From the IMG/VR virus record IMGVR_UViG_2869976549_000007: 17,108 bases of DNA, one strand, 5' to 3'. Positions 1 through 10,214 of this stretch are shown here, piece after piece. The notes under the pieces were generated by a model that was not told the origin of the DNA, did no database searches, and saw only the letters and a list, made by a program, of their open reading frames with translations. Within the stretch, counting starts at the first letter, position 1. Each line of letters begins with the position of its first letter. The translations under genes and the position numbers were made by a program. This stretch comes from a virus. Taxonomy: Duplodnaviria > Heunggongvirae > Uroviricota > Caudoviricetes.

Positions 1-363
1 ATGCAGACGAAACAACGTCTTGATGTACCGCTGAGTCTGAAATCTGTCAGTGACTCCGGTGAGTTTGAAGGGTATGGCTCCGTCTTTGGTGTAAAGGACA
101 GCCACGATGATGTGGTGATGTCCGGGGCATTTGCTGCTTCCCTGCGGGCGTGGAGTGACAGAAAAGCGTTACCTGCGCTGCTCTGGCAGCACCGCATGGA
201 TGAACCCATCGGTGTTTACACCGAAATGAAGGAAGACGATGTCGGGCTTTACGTCAGGGGACGGTTGCTTATTGATGATGATCCCCTCGCAAAACGTGCA
301 CATGCACACATGAAGGCCGGTTCGTTAACCGGCCTTTCTATTGGGTACGTCCTGAAAGACTGA
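1..363 (+). pseudogene. Phage prohead protease (HK97/S78-like) N-terminal fragment, truncated by the IS600 insertion
   Basis: The 120-aa translation (…EFEGYGSVFGVKDSHDDVVMSGAF…LWQH…) resembles the N-terminal region of HK97-family prohead proteases. Its stop codon TGA (361..363) is the first three bases of the IS600 left end. No capsid gene follows. Confidence 0.55.
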
Positions 364-424
364 GGTAGCCTGAGTTTAACGGACGCTCCTTCCTGAAATA
401 GAATGGCATCAGAAGGAGCTAATA

Positions 425-727
425 ATGAGCAGAAAAACCCAACGTTACTCTAAAGAGTTCAAAGCCGAAGCTGTCAGAACGGTTCTTGAAAATCAACTTT
501 CGATCAGTGAAGGCGCTTCCCGATTATCTCTTCCTGAAGGCACTTTAGGACAATGGGTTACCGCCGCCAGAAAAGGGCTCGGTACTCCTGGTTCCCGCAC
601 GGTGGCTGAACTGGAATCTGAAATTCTGCAACTGCGTAAGGCGTTAAATGAAGCTCGCCTTGAGCGAGATATATTAAAAAAAGCAACAGCGTATTTTGCA
701 CAGGAGTCGCTGAAAAATACGCGTTAA
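425..727 (+). CDS. IS600 OrfA (helix-turn-helix transposase N-terminal component)
   Basis: 100-aa ORF with IS3-family OrfA features and a leucine-zipper-like C-terminus (LQLRKALNEARLERDILKKATAYFA). A ribosome-binding site (AGGAG) precedes the ATG. Confidence 0.85.
   Translation: MSRKTQRYSKEFKAEAVRTVLENQLSISEGASRLSLPEGTLGQWVTAARKGLGTPGSRTVAELESEILQLRKALNEARLERDILKKATAYFAQESLKNTR
676..682 (+). other. Slippery A7 run (A_AAA_AAA) for programmed -1 frameshift producing the OrfAB transposase
   Basis: The A-run sits in the orfA zero frame (ILKKA). The orfB frame is open from 682 through the first ATG at 763. This is the standard IS3-family arrangement. Confidence 0.5.
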
Positions 728-762
728 TCGAACAATGGCGACAACAATTTCCCATTGAAGCG

Positions 763-1581
763 ATGTGTCAGGTATTTGGTGTATCCAGGAGCGGTTATTA
801 CAACTGGGTACAGCATGAACCCTCAGACAGAAAACAAAGTGATGAGCGGCTAAAACTGGAGATTAAGGTGGCACATATCCGCACTCGCGAAACATATGGA
901 ACCCGGCGGCTCCAGACGGAGCTGGCAGAGAATGGCATCATCGTTGGTCGTGACCGACTGGCACGTCTTCGTAAGGAGCTAAGGCTACGCTGTAAGCAGA
1001 AACGCAAGTTCAGAGCGACTACGAACTCGAACCACAATCTGCCAGTTGCGCCAAATCTGCTGAACCAGACGTTCGCTCCTACAGCACCAAATCAGGTCTG
1101 GGTGGCGGACCTGACGTATGTTGCCACACAGGAGGGATGGTTGTACCTCGCTGGCATCAAAGATGTTTATACGTGCGAAATTGTCGGCTACGCCATGGGA
1201 GAGCGCATGACAAAAGAGCTGACAGGTAAAGCCCTGTTTATGGCGCTCAGGAGCCAGCGCCCACCTGCCGGGCTAATCCACCACTCTGATCGAGGTTCAC
1301 AGTACTGCGCATACGATTACCGGGTCATACAGGAGCAGTCTGGTCTGAAAACATCAATGTCGCGTAAAGGTAACTGTTACGACAACGCTCCGATGGAAAG
1401 CTTCTGGGGAACGCTGAAAAATGAGAGCCTGAGCCACTATCGTTTTAATAACCGGGATGAAGCCATCTCAGTAATACGGGAATACATTGAGATTTTCTAC
1501 AATCGTCAGCGTCGTCACTCTCGTCTGGGGAATATCTCCCCGGCAGCCTTCAGGGAAAAATATCATCAGATGGCTGCTTAA
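763..1581 (+). CDS. IS600 OrfB (DDE/RNaseH-fold transposase catalytic domain, expressed as OrfAB fusion)
   Basis: 272-aa ORF from the first ATG; the frame is open upstream to about 682. It carries IS3-family catalytic-region motifs (…HSDRGSQY…, …CYDNAPMESFWGTLKNE…). Confidence 0.85.
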   Translation: MCQVFGVSRSGYYNWVQHEPSDRKQSDERLKLEIKVAHIRTRETYGTRRLQTELAENGIIVGRDRLARLRKELRLRCKQKRKFRATTNSNHNLPVAPNLLNQTFAPTAPNQVWVADLTYVATQEGWLYLAGIKDVYTCEIVGYAMGERMTKELTGKALFMALRSQRPPAGLIHHSDRGSQYCAYDYRVIQEQSGLKTSMSRKGNCYDNAPMESFWGTLKNESLSHYRFNNRDEAISVIREYIEIFYNRQRRHSRLGNISPAAFREKYHQMAA

Positions 1582-1643
1582 AAAAAGAACAAATGGTAGT
1601 GTCCGCTATTGCCAGTACACCTCAAGGATAAGGCTAAAAAATC

Positions 1644-3140
1644 ATGACGATAAGTTTTAATACTGTTCCGTCGAATACGCTGGTGCCGTTGTTCTACGCC
1701 GAGATGAACAATTCTGCGGCAAATACAGCGGTGACCAGCGCGCCTGCATTACTGATCGGGCATGCCAGCAACGATGCAGCCATTGAGGTTAACAGCCTGG
1801 TGCTGATGCCATCGGCAGATTATGCCCGCCAGATTTGTGGGGCGGGGAGCCAGCTGGCGCGTATGGTGGAAGTCTACCGTCAGACAGATCCTTTCGGTGA
1901 ACTGTATGTTATTGCAGTACCGGAAGCCAGAGGGGCGGCGGCGACGGTCAGGGTGACGGTTGCCGGAGAAGCAGAGGAAAGCGGCACCCTGAGTCTGTAT
2001 GTCGGGCGCTCCCGTGTACAGGTGCCTGTGGTGAATGGCGATGATGCCACTGCGGTTGCCACCGCGATTAAGGAAGCGGTAAACGGGGTTATCACCCTGC
2101 CGTTTACGGCGTCATCTGATGCAGGTGTGGTGACGCTGACTGCCCGTCATAAGGGGCTGTATGGTAATGAGTTACCGGTCTGTCTGAATTATTATGGTTC
2201 TGGTGGTGGTGAGATTCTGCCAGCAGGGCTTCGGGTGGTGACGGAAGTCGGTGCTGCCGGTAGCGGAGCGCCTGATCTTACCGCCGCTGTTGCTGCTATG
2301 GGCGATGAGGCATTCGACTTTATCGGTCTGCCGTTCAACGATGCCGCCTCCATCAATATGATGATGACCGAAATGAATGACAGCAGCGGTCGCTGGAGTT
2401 ATGCGCGCCAGTTATACGGGCATGGCTATACCGCAAAACTGGGAACGCTGTCAGAGCTGGTTGGTGCCGGAGATATGCATAATCAGCAACATATCACGCT
2501 TGCCGGTTACGAAAAAGAAACCCAGTCGCCTGTCGATGAACTGGTTGCCAGTCGCCTTGCCCGTGAAGCGGTATTTATCCGGAATGATCCTGCCCGTCCG
2601 ACACAGACGGGGGAGCTGGTGGGGATGCTTCCGGCACCGAAAGGTAAGCGATTCATCATGACAGAGCAGCAGACCCTTTTATCTCACGGCGTGGCGACGG
2701 CTTATGTGGAAGGCGGCACGTTGCAGATCCAGCGTTCCGTAACCACCTACAAAAAGAATGCGTATGGCGTGGCAGACAACAGCTATCTGGACAGTGAAAC
2801 TCTGCATACCAGTGCATATGTTCTTCGCAAACTGAAATCGGTCATCACAAGCAAGTACGGACGTCACAAGCTGGCAAATGATGGTACCCGTTTTGGTCCG
2901 GGGCAGGCGATTGTCACTCCTGCCGTTATCAAAGGGGAACTTCTGGCGACATATCGTCAGATGGAGCGTGCCGGTATTGTGGAAAATTACGATCTGTTTA
3001 AACAGTATCTGATAGTTGAGCGTGATGCAGATAACCCGAACCGACTGAATACGCTGTTCCCGCCGGATTATGTTAATCAGTTACGTGTCTTTGCGGTGGT
3101 TAACCAGTTCCGTCTTCAGTATTCAGAGGAGTCAGCATAA
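1644..3140 (+). CDS. Contractile tail sheath protein (Mu gpL-like)
   Basis: 498 aa. The N-terminus MTISFNTVPSN…VPLFYAEM resembles Mu-type sheath proteins. The size fits, and its stop overlaps the next start (ATAATGG). Confidence 0.85.
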   Translation: MTISFNTVPSNTLVPLFYAEMNNSAANTAVTSAPALLIGHASNDAAIEVNSLVLMPSADYARQICGAGSQLARMVEVYRQTDPFGELYVIAVPEARGAAATVRVTVAGEAEESGTLSLYVGRSRVQVPVVNGDDATAVATAIKEAVNGVITLPFTASSDAGVVTLTARHKGLYGNELPVCLNYYGSGGGEILPAGLRVVTEVGAAGSGAPDLTAAVAAMGDEAFDFIGLPFNDAASINMMMTEMNDSSGRWSYARQLYGHGYTAKLGTLSELVGAGDMHNQQHITLAGYEKETQSPVDELVASRLAREAVFIRNDPARPTQTGELVGMLPAPKGKRFIMTEQQTLLSHGVATAYVEGGTLQIQRSVTTYKKNAYGVADNSYLDSETLHTSAYVLRKLKSVITSKYGRHKLANDGTRFGPGQAIVTPAVIKGELLATYRQMERAGIVENYDLFKQYLIVERDADNPNRLNTLFPPDYVNQLRVFAVVNQFRLQYSEESA

Positions 3141-3496
3141 TGGCAAAGATCGCCGGAACCTGTTTTTTTAAAGTGGATGGTCAGCAGTTATCGCTGACAG
3201 GTGGCATTGAAGTGCCGATGAACACCAATGTCCGGGATGACATCGTCGGCATGGCAGGGGATGTGGATTACAAGGAGACCTGGCGGTCACCTTACGTTAA
3301 GGGCACGTTTAAAGTGCCCAAAAACTTTCCGGTCGACAAAATTACCACCTCAGACCAGATGACGATTACCGCTGAGCTGGCAAACGGCATGGTGTATGTG
3401 CTTTCGGCGGCATGGCTGCACGGAGAGGCTAATCATAATGCCGAAGAAGGCACGGCAGATCTTGAATTCCACGGCGAAGAGGGAGGGTATCAGTAA
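3140..3496 (+). CDS. Tail tube protein (Mu gpM-like)
   Basis: 118-aa ORF immediately after the sheath gene, translationally coupled to it. Position and size fit a Mu-type tube protein. Confidence 0.65.
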   Translation: MAKIAGTCFFKVDGQQLSLTGGIEVPMNTNVRDDIVGMAGDVDYKETWRSPYVKGTFKVPKNFPVDKITTSDQMTITAELANGMVYVLSAAWLHGEANHNAEEGTADLEFHGEEGGYQ

Positions 3497-3831
3497 TGGC
3501 AATGAACGTTACAGAAATAGTTTTAAAAAAACCGGTGACAGCGCATAACGAAATGCTGCATGTGCTGGAGTTGCGCGAGCCCACGTATGACGAAATCGAG
3601 GCGCTGGGTTTTCCTTTCATTATTTCCGGTGAAGGCAGTATTAAACTGGACAGCCAGGTGGCACTGAAATATATCCCGTTGCTGGCGGGGATCCCGCGTT
3701 CATCGGCGGCGCAGATGGCAAAACTGGATATTTTTAAGACCAGCATGCAGATCCTGCGTTTTTTTACCCAGTCGGAGACGGGAAGCACCTCCGGAAACGA
3801 CTCTACAATGTTGCCTGGTTCTGGAAACTGA
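3496..3831 (+). CDS. Tail assembly chaperone (Mu gp41-like)
   Basis: 111-aa ORF between the tube and tape-measure genes, containing a T_TTT_TTT slippery heptamer near its 3' end. Confidence 0.6.
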   Translation: MAMNVTEIVLKKPVTAHNEMLHVLELREPTYDEIEALGFPFIISGEGSIKLDSQVALKYIPLLAGIPRSSAAQMAKLDIFKTSMQILRFFTQSETGSTSGNDSTMLPGSGN

Positions 3832-3923
3832 ATCCACTGGAGCTGCGACGGGGGGCTGTTTCGCAGTTTACAGAACTGGAAGCCGAGGCCGTCCGCATTA
3901 ACGAGGAGATGAAGCATGGCTGA
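3759..3923 (+). other. Programmed -1 frameshift site (T_TTT_TTT, 3759..3765) and -1 frame extension of the tail assembly chaperone
   Basis: The heptamer lies in the zero frame (cgT TTT TTT acc). The -1 frame is open for 52 codons (YPVGDGKHLRKRLYNVAWFWKLNPLELRRGAVSQFTELEAEAVRINEEMKHG) and stops at 3921..3923, just past the tape-measure ATG at 3916. Confidence 0.5.
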
Positions 3924-5865
3924 CAGTTTTCAGCTGAAGGCGATCATCACTGCCGTGGATAAGGTATCGGCACCGCTGAAGGGAATGCAGCGCCAGCTGA
4001 AAGGTTTTAAAAAGGAGTTTGCCAGCCTGTTACTGGGCGCAGCGGGTGCCGGAACCGCAGTACTGGGGGCGCTGGCGCTCCCGGTCAAATCTGCCATTGC
4101 CCTTGAATCAAAAATGGCGGATGTCCGGAAAGTGGTGGATGGTCTGGATACGCCGGAAGCGTTTAAGGCAATGACGGAGCAGGTGCGCGACCTGTCAACA
4201 GAACTGCCCATGTCGGCGGAAGGTATCGCCGAAATTGTGGCGGCGGGTGGTCAGGCTGGTATCGCCCGTGACGAGCTGATGCAGTTTACTGACGATGCCG
4301 TGAAGATGGGCGTGGCCTTTGACACCACGGCAGAAGAATCCGGTCAGATGATGGCGCAGTGGCGCACTGCCTTTAAACTGACACAGGGAGAGGTGGCAGG
4401 GCTTGCGGATAAGATTAACTATCTTGGTAATACCGGTCCTGCAAGTGCGAAAAAGATTTCTGATGTTGTGACCCGTATTGGCCCTTTAGGCAGTGTTGCG
4501 GGTGTGGCCTCCGGAGAGATTGCCGCAATGGGGGCAACCATTGCCGGAATGGGGGTGGAGTCAGAAATTGCTGCGACGGGGATAAAGAATTTTATGTTGT
4601 CGCTGACAGCGAGGGATTCTGCCACCAAATCGCAGAAAAAAGTGCTCCGCTCGTTGCGCATTAGCCCGAAAAAACTGGCGGCGGATATGCAGAAAGACGC
4701 CCGCGGGGCCATGCTGCACGTACTGGATTCTCTGGCAAAAGTGCCGAAAGAAAAACAGGCTGCTGTGCTGAAAGCGCTGTTCGGGAAGGAATCCCTGGGG
4801 GCCATTGCGCCGCTGCTCACGAATCTGGATTTGTTGCGAACCAACTTTAATCGTGTGGCGGATGCGCAGCAGTATGGCGGCTCAATGCAGAAAGAATATG
4901 CCGCCCGTGCCGCGACGACAGAAAATCAGTTGTTGCTGCTGCAGAACCAGATCAATGCGATTTCTTCCACGCTGGGGGAAACCTTCCTGCCTTCACTCAA
5001 TGAAGGCATAAAAGAGATGAAGCCTTTTCTGGAAGAAGTGCGCACGTTTGTCAGAGAAAATCCTGAGGTCGTAAAAACCATCGCGAAAACTGGTGCGGCA
5101 TTACTGACGATGGGCGTGGCGATTGGCACATTGACACGCATAACAAAAATCATGGGTAGCGTGATGAATATGACGCCGGCAAAGGGATTAATTGCGCTTC
5201 TCGTCGGTGGTGCATATCTCATAATTGATAACTGGGAAACGGTCGGTCCGGTTGTGAAAAAAGTCTGGCAGGAGGTTGATCAGGTTGTCAGAGCAATGGG
5301 GGGATGGGAACAGGCAGTAAAAACAATAGCAACGGTTTCTGCCCTGTATATTGGTGTGAAGGCGGTGGCAAGTATTCGTGCGGCAACAGTCGCCCAGAAT
5401 CAATGGACAACGGCGGCAGGAAAAACAGGGCTGAAATTAAAGGGCCTCGGAAAGATCAGTCTGATTGGTGGATTGCTTGAACTGGGCATGATGGCGCAGG
5501 AGTTTGAAAAAGCACATCCCTGGCTTGTTAAAAATTTTGTGGCTGATGCACTGAACAGTGGATTTGGTCTGAATGATAAGTTCGACGAGTGGGGCAAACA
5601 GTTCCATGATTTTGTCTATGACATGACCGGATGGCAGATGCCACGTGGTGATGGGTATTTATCTCCCGATAAACGCTACACCCCGAATGTATCACTGGAA
5701 AGGAATCAGCTGTTAAGCCTTGCATCTTCACCGGCAACCCGCAGCGAACTTAAGGTGACGTTTGACAACGCGCCGCCTGGAATGCGCGTTATCGATTTGC
5801 CGAAAACAGGCGATCCCTTTATGAAAATCACCCATGATGTTGGGTATTCTCCATTTAAAAGGTGA
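3916..5865 (+). CDS. Tail tape measure protein (Mu gp42-like)
   Basis: 649 aa, directly downstream of the chaperone frameshift window. Ala/Gly-rich N-terminus and an internal hydrophobic segment (…GAALLTMGVAIGTL…GLIALLVGGAYLII…) are typical of tape-measure proteins. Confidence 0.8.
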   Translation: MADSFQLKAIITAVDKVSAPLKGMQRQLKGFKKEFASLLLGAAGAGTAVLGALALPVKSAIALESKMADVRKVVDGLDTPEAFKAMTEQVRDLSTELPMSAEGIAEIVAAGGQAGIARDELMQFTDDAVKMGVAFDTTAEESGQMMAQWRTAFKLTQGEVAGLADKINYLGNTGPASAKKISDVVTRIGPLGSVAGVASGEIAAMGATIAGMGVESEIAATGIKNFMLSLTARDSATKSQKKVLRSLRISPKKLAADMQKDARGAMLHVLDSLAKVPKEKQAAVLKALFGKESLGAIAPLLTNLDLLRTNFNRVADAQQYGGSMQKEYAARAATTENQLLLLQNQINAISSTLGETFLPSLNEGIKEMKPFLEEVRTFVRENPEVVKTIAKTGAALLTMGVAIGTLTRITKIMGSVMNMTPAKGLIALLVGGAYLIIDNWETVGPVVKKVWQEVDQVVRAMGGWEQAVKTIATVSALYIGVKAVASIRAATVAQNQWTTAAGKTGLKLKGLGKISLIGGLLELGMMAQEFEKAHPWLVKNFVADALNSGFGLNDKFDEWGKQFHDFVYDMTGWQMPRGDGYLSPDKRYTPNVSLERNQLLSLASSPATRSELKVTFDNAPPGMRVIDLPKTGDPFMKITHDVGYSPFKR

Positions 5866-5999
5866 GTTCTTTTTTTGTGGTGAAAGATGAGGCAAAATTA
5901 TCGCGTAACATGCTAACAATGGAGTTTGTTTTGTGATAAAGCCATTTTTAATGACGGTTGCAATATTAACCTCTTGCTGTGCTCAGGCGAAAATACTAA

Positions 6000-7195
<1,196 letters not shown>

Positions 7196-7209
7196 ATAGT
7201 GGAGACAGT

Positions 7210-8601
7210 ATGGACTTACCTTCTTTACCTTCTCTTTCTTCACTCTTTTCTGCATCTTCAGGTATCAATTGGCGCGATAATCTTTACGACGCTTCATTTC
7301 GTGGCGTTCCGTTTTCGGTGGAGAGCGACGAGGGTTCGTTCGGACGCCGCGTTCAGGTCCATGAATACCCAAACCGTGACAAACCGTACACGGAAGATCT
7401 CGGGCGTGCCACGCGACGGCTGACGATTAATGCGTATCTCGTTGGTGATGATTACGCAGAGCAGCGCGACAGGCTGATTACAGCGATTGAAACCGCCGGG
7501 CCGGGGACGCTGATCCATCCGCAGTTCGGTGAAATGCAGGGCTGTATTGACGGGCAGGTGACCGTTTCTCACTCCGGCACTGAAGGCCGTATGTGCCGGG
7601 TTTCATTTCAGTTTGTTGAGAGCGGGGAACTGTCATTTCCGGTCGCCGGAGCTGCAACCGCCAGAAAACTGGAGGAGTCGTCCGTATTCCTGGATGAGTT
7701 GATTGAAGACATGTTCGGCGATTTTGATCTCGCGGGAATACCGGACTTTATTCAGAACGATGTTATTGCCCGGACGACCGATATGCTGGGAACCGTTCAG
7801 ACAGCTTTCAAAATGGTTAATTCGGCTGTTTCTGCCGGAGCGAGACTACTGCAGGGCGATTTATCCGTCATTCTGATGCCGCCGTCGGTTGCCAGTGATT
7901 TTGTGCATACGTTGCAGGATACCTGGCGGGCCGGAACCCGGCTGGTGGATAACACACAGGATCTGGTGCAGTCCATAACGACAATGTCCGGCATTACGCT
8001 GGACCCAGGACTGGCACCGCGTGCGGTGTGGCCCACAGATTCCGCATCGGTTATCAGGCAAAAACAGCAGACAAACCTTGTGGCTGCTGTCATCCGGACG
8101 ACGGCAATCAGCGAAGCCACAAGGGCGGTCACTTCACTGCCACAACCCGGAAGCCTGGTGAAAAATCAGCAGGCGGTTGTGGCTGTTGGTGGTTCCACTG
8201 AACGTCAGTCCGATATTATTCACGTTTCTCATCCGGCACTTGACAGCGTGGCAGCCAGCACAGGACAGGATGAGAGAGCGCAACCACCCACGCGGGAAAA
8301 TCTCACCATCATACGCAAATCGCTGAACGCGGCGATTGAACAGGAGCTCAGGCGTACGGCGGATGACAGGCTGTTTTTTCAGCTGACGTCATTACGTACA
8401 GAACTGAACCGGGATATTCAGGCGCGTCTGGTTCAGACGGAGGAAACCGCAGAGCGAACGCCAGCGGAAGTTCTGCCTGCGCTTGTTCTGGCTGCGTCAT
8501 GGTACGACGATGCGTCCCGTGAAACTGATATCCTGGATCGAAATGCCATCTCTCATCCGGGCTTTGTTCCGGTCAGGGCATTAAGGGTACCCGTCAGATG
8601 A
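7210..8601 (+). CDS. DNA circularization protein N-like (Mu gpN/gp43-like)
   Basis: The ORF-track start at 7030 lies inside IS5. The first ATG after the IS5 right end is 7210 (MDLPSLPSLSSLF…) with GGAGA 6 nt upstream. Position after the tape-measure gene fits Mu gene order. Confidence 0.65.
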   Translation: MDLPSLPSLSSLFSASSGINWRDNLYDASFRGVPFSVESDEGSFGRRVQVHEYPNRDKPYTEDLGRATRRLTINAYLVGDDYAEQRDRLITAIETAGPGTLIHPQFGEMQGCIDGQVTVSHSGTEGRMCRVSFQFVESGELSFPVAGAATARKLEESSVFLDELIEDMFGDFDLAGIPDFIQNDVIARTTDMLGTVQTAFKMVNSAVSAGARLLQGDLSVILMPPSVASDFVHTLQDTWRAGTRLVDNTQDLVQSITTMSGITLDPGLAPRAVWPTDSASVIRQKQQTNLVAAVIRTTAISEATRAVTSLPQPGSLVKNQQAVVAVGGSTERQSDIIHVSHPALDSVAASTGQDERAQPPTRENLTIIRKSLNAAIEQELRRTADDRLFFQLTSLRTELNRDIQARLVQTEETAERTPAEVLPALVLAASWYDDASRETDILDRNAISHPGFVPVRALRVPVR

Positions 8602-9698
8602 ATGATACCGTTTTACTTCGGGTTTCCGGTCGCGAATGGGGCGGCTGGACATCCGTCCGTATCAGTGCGGGCATTAACCGTATTGCCCGGGATTTTAATG
8701 TTGCCATTACCACCCGCTGGCCCGGAAGCCGGGATTATCAACCCCGGATAAAAAATGGTGAGCTGGTTGAAGTGCTTATCGGGGATGAGCCTGTGCTCAC
8801 CGGATATGTGGAGGCACTACCGCTTCGTTATGACGCCAGCAGCGTCAGCATGGGAATTGTCGGGCGAAGCAAAACAGCCGATCTGGTTGACTGCTCTGCT
8901 TTGCCACTCCAGCAGAGCGGAAAAAACCTGCTCAGAATAGTCAGTGAACTGGCTGCGCCATTTGGCATCACCGTTGTTGATGCTGGCGTGCCGCAGACAG
9001 CGGTGATTGATGCCCAGCCGGAACACGGCGAAACCGTTGCCGATTGTCTTAACCGGTTACTGGGGCAGGTTCAGACGCTGGCTTATGACGATGAATGCGG
9101 GCGACTGGTTCTGGGAAAACCCGGAACAGGTAAAGCGGCGACGGCGCTGGTGCTGGTGCTGGTGCTGGTGCTGGTGCTGGGAGAGAATATTCTTTCCTGT
9201 GACACGGAAAGAAGCATCAGAGAGCGGTTTTCTGAATATCAGGTCAGTGGGCAGCGCCCGGGCAACGACGATGATTTTGGTGAGGCCACCATTGCCGCAA
9301 TACGTCAGACCATTCAGGACAGTGGCGTGACCCGTTATCGCCCTTTGTTGATTCAGCAGTCAGGCACAGCAACGACAGCAACCTGTAAGGCCCGTTGTGA
9401 ATTTGAAGCGCGCCAACGGGCTGCGCTTACCCGTGAGACAACATATACGGTTCAGGGCTGGCGGCAGGGCAGTGGCGCGTTATGGCGTCCGGGGTTATCT
9501 GTCATCGTTTTCGACCCGCTGAATAATTTTGATAATGATGAACTGGTGATCGCAGAAGTTACCTATAACCAGGACGACCGGGGCACGACGACTGAATTAC
9601 GGGTTGGCCCGGCAGATGCTTATCTCCCCGAGCCTGTTACCGCCAGGAAGAAAAAAATGTTGAGGAGGATTTCTGATGAACGGGTTTTCTCTTCGTAA
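8598..9698 (+). CDS. Baseplate hub protein (Mu gpP/gp44-like)
   Basis: 366 aa; its ATG overlaps the upstream stop (ATGA). Position matches Mu gene order. Contains an in-frame hexanucleotide repeat. Confidence 0.6.
   Translation: MNDTVLLRVSGREWGGWTSVRISAGINRIARDFNVAITTRWPGSRDYQPRIKNGELVEVLIGDEPVLTGYVEALPLRYDASSVSMGIVGRSKTADLVDCSALPLQQSGKNLLRIVSELAAPFGITVVDAGVPQTAVIDAQPEHGETVADCLNRLLGQVQTLAYDDECGRLVLGKPGTGKAATALVLVLVLVLVLGENILSCDTERSIRERFSEYQVSGQRPGNDDDFGEATIAAIRQTIQDSGVTRYRPLLIQQSGTATTATCKARCEFEARQRAALTRETTYTVQGWRQGSGALWRPGLSVIVFDPLNNFDNDELVIAEVTYNQDDRGTTTELRVGPADAYLPEPVTARKKKMLRRISDERVFSS
9146..9181 (+). repeat. Tandem hexanucleotide repeat (GCTGGT) x ~6 inside the baseplate hub CDS, encoding (LV)n
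   Basis: Direct reading: gctggtgctggtgctggtgctggtgctggtgctggg, translated in frame as ALVLVLVLVLVLGE. Confidence 0.9.
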
Positions 9699-10209
9699 TC
9701 TGATTTCCCGGGCTGTCATCACGGCGGTGGATTCCGCCAGAAAGTGTCAGTCTGTAGGGTTGAAAATGATAGCCGGAGATCAGAAACAACACGTTGAGCA
9801 CCTTGAACCTTATGGTTTTACATCTGCCGCACAGAACGGTGCTGAGGGCGTTGCTTTATTTCCGGCGGGCGATCGTTCTCATGGTGTGGTTGTGGTCGTG
9901 GCTGACAGACGTTACCGGCTGAAAGGACTGAAACGTGGGGAAGTGGCGCTTTATGACGATCTGGGACAGTCCGTTGTCCTGACCCGTTCCGGTATTGTGG
10001 TGGACGGGGCCGGGAAGGCCATAATTTTTAAAAACGCGCCTAAAGCGCGCTTTGAAATGCCAGTCGAATCCACCGCCGATATTACTGACAATTGCGACAG
10101 TGGCGGACTCAGCATGCAGCAAATGCGGCAGGCCTACAATGCCCACAAACATACCGAAAATGGTGATGGTGGCGGGATCACTGACACGCCGGATCAACCG
10201 ATGGGCTGA
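9676..10209 (+). CDS. Baseplate spike / assembly protein V-like (Mu gp45-like)
   Basis: 177 aa with a strong ribosome-binding site (GAGGAGG). The C-terminal motif …HKHTENGDGGGITDTP resembles the P2 gpV/Mu gp45 family (…HTHKHPGDSGGTTG…). Confidence 0.7.
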   Translation: MNGFSLRNLISRAVITAVDSARKCQSVGLKMIAGDQKQHVEHLEPYGFTSAAQNGAEGVALFPAGDRSHGVVVVVADRRYRLKGLKRGEVALYDDLGQSVVLTRSGIVVDGAGKAIIFKNAPKARFEMPVESTADITDNCDSGGLSMQQMRQAYNAHKHTENGDGGGITDTPDQPMG

Positions 10210-10214
10210 AAATC

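Larger units (their letters stand above)
361..1624 (+). mobile_element. IS3-family insertion sequence, IS600-like (1264 bp)
   Basis: Two-ORF IS3 layout (orfA, then orfB in the -1 frame). Ends are TGAGGT…/…ACCTCA imperfect inverted repeats. The 1264-bp length and the orfA sequence match my recollection of IS600. Flanking 3-mers differ (GAC vs AGG), so no target-site duplication was seen. Confidence 0.8.

Noticed and set aside
558-1037. Minus-strand ORFs inside IS600 (558..755, 798..1037)
   Set aside because: They are antisense to the IS600 transposase frames and have no support.
3429-3917. 162-aa minus-strand ORF overlapping the chaperone gene, and similar antisense ORFs (3930..4211, 4419..4844, 4926..5222, 12391..12954, 14906..15538)
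   Set aside because: They lie antisense inside well-supported phage structural genes, have no ribosome-binding site or recognisable product, and are the kind of ORF expected by chance in GC-rich coding sequence.
9146-9181. Possible CRISPR-like or minisatellite array
   Set aside because: The unit is only 6 bp with no spacers; it is a simple tandem repeat inside a coding sequence.
9007-9330. 107-aa ORF containing WCWCWCWCWCW
   Set aside because: It is the alternative-frame reading of the GCTGGT hexamer repeat inside the hub gene, not an independent gene.
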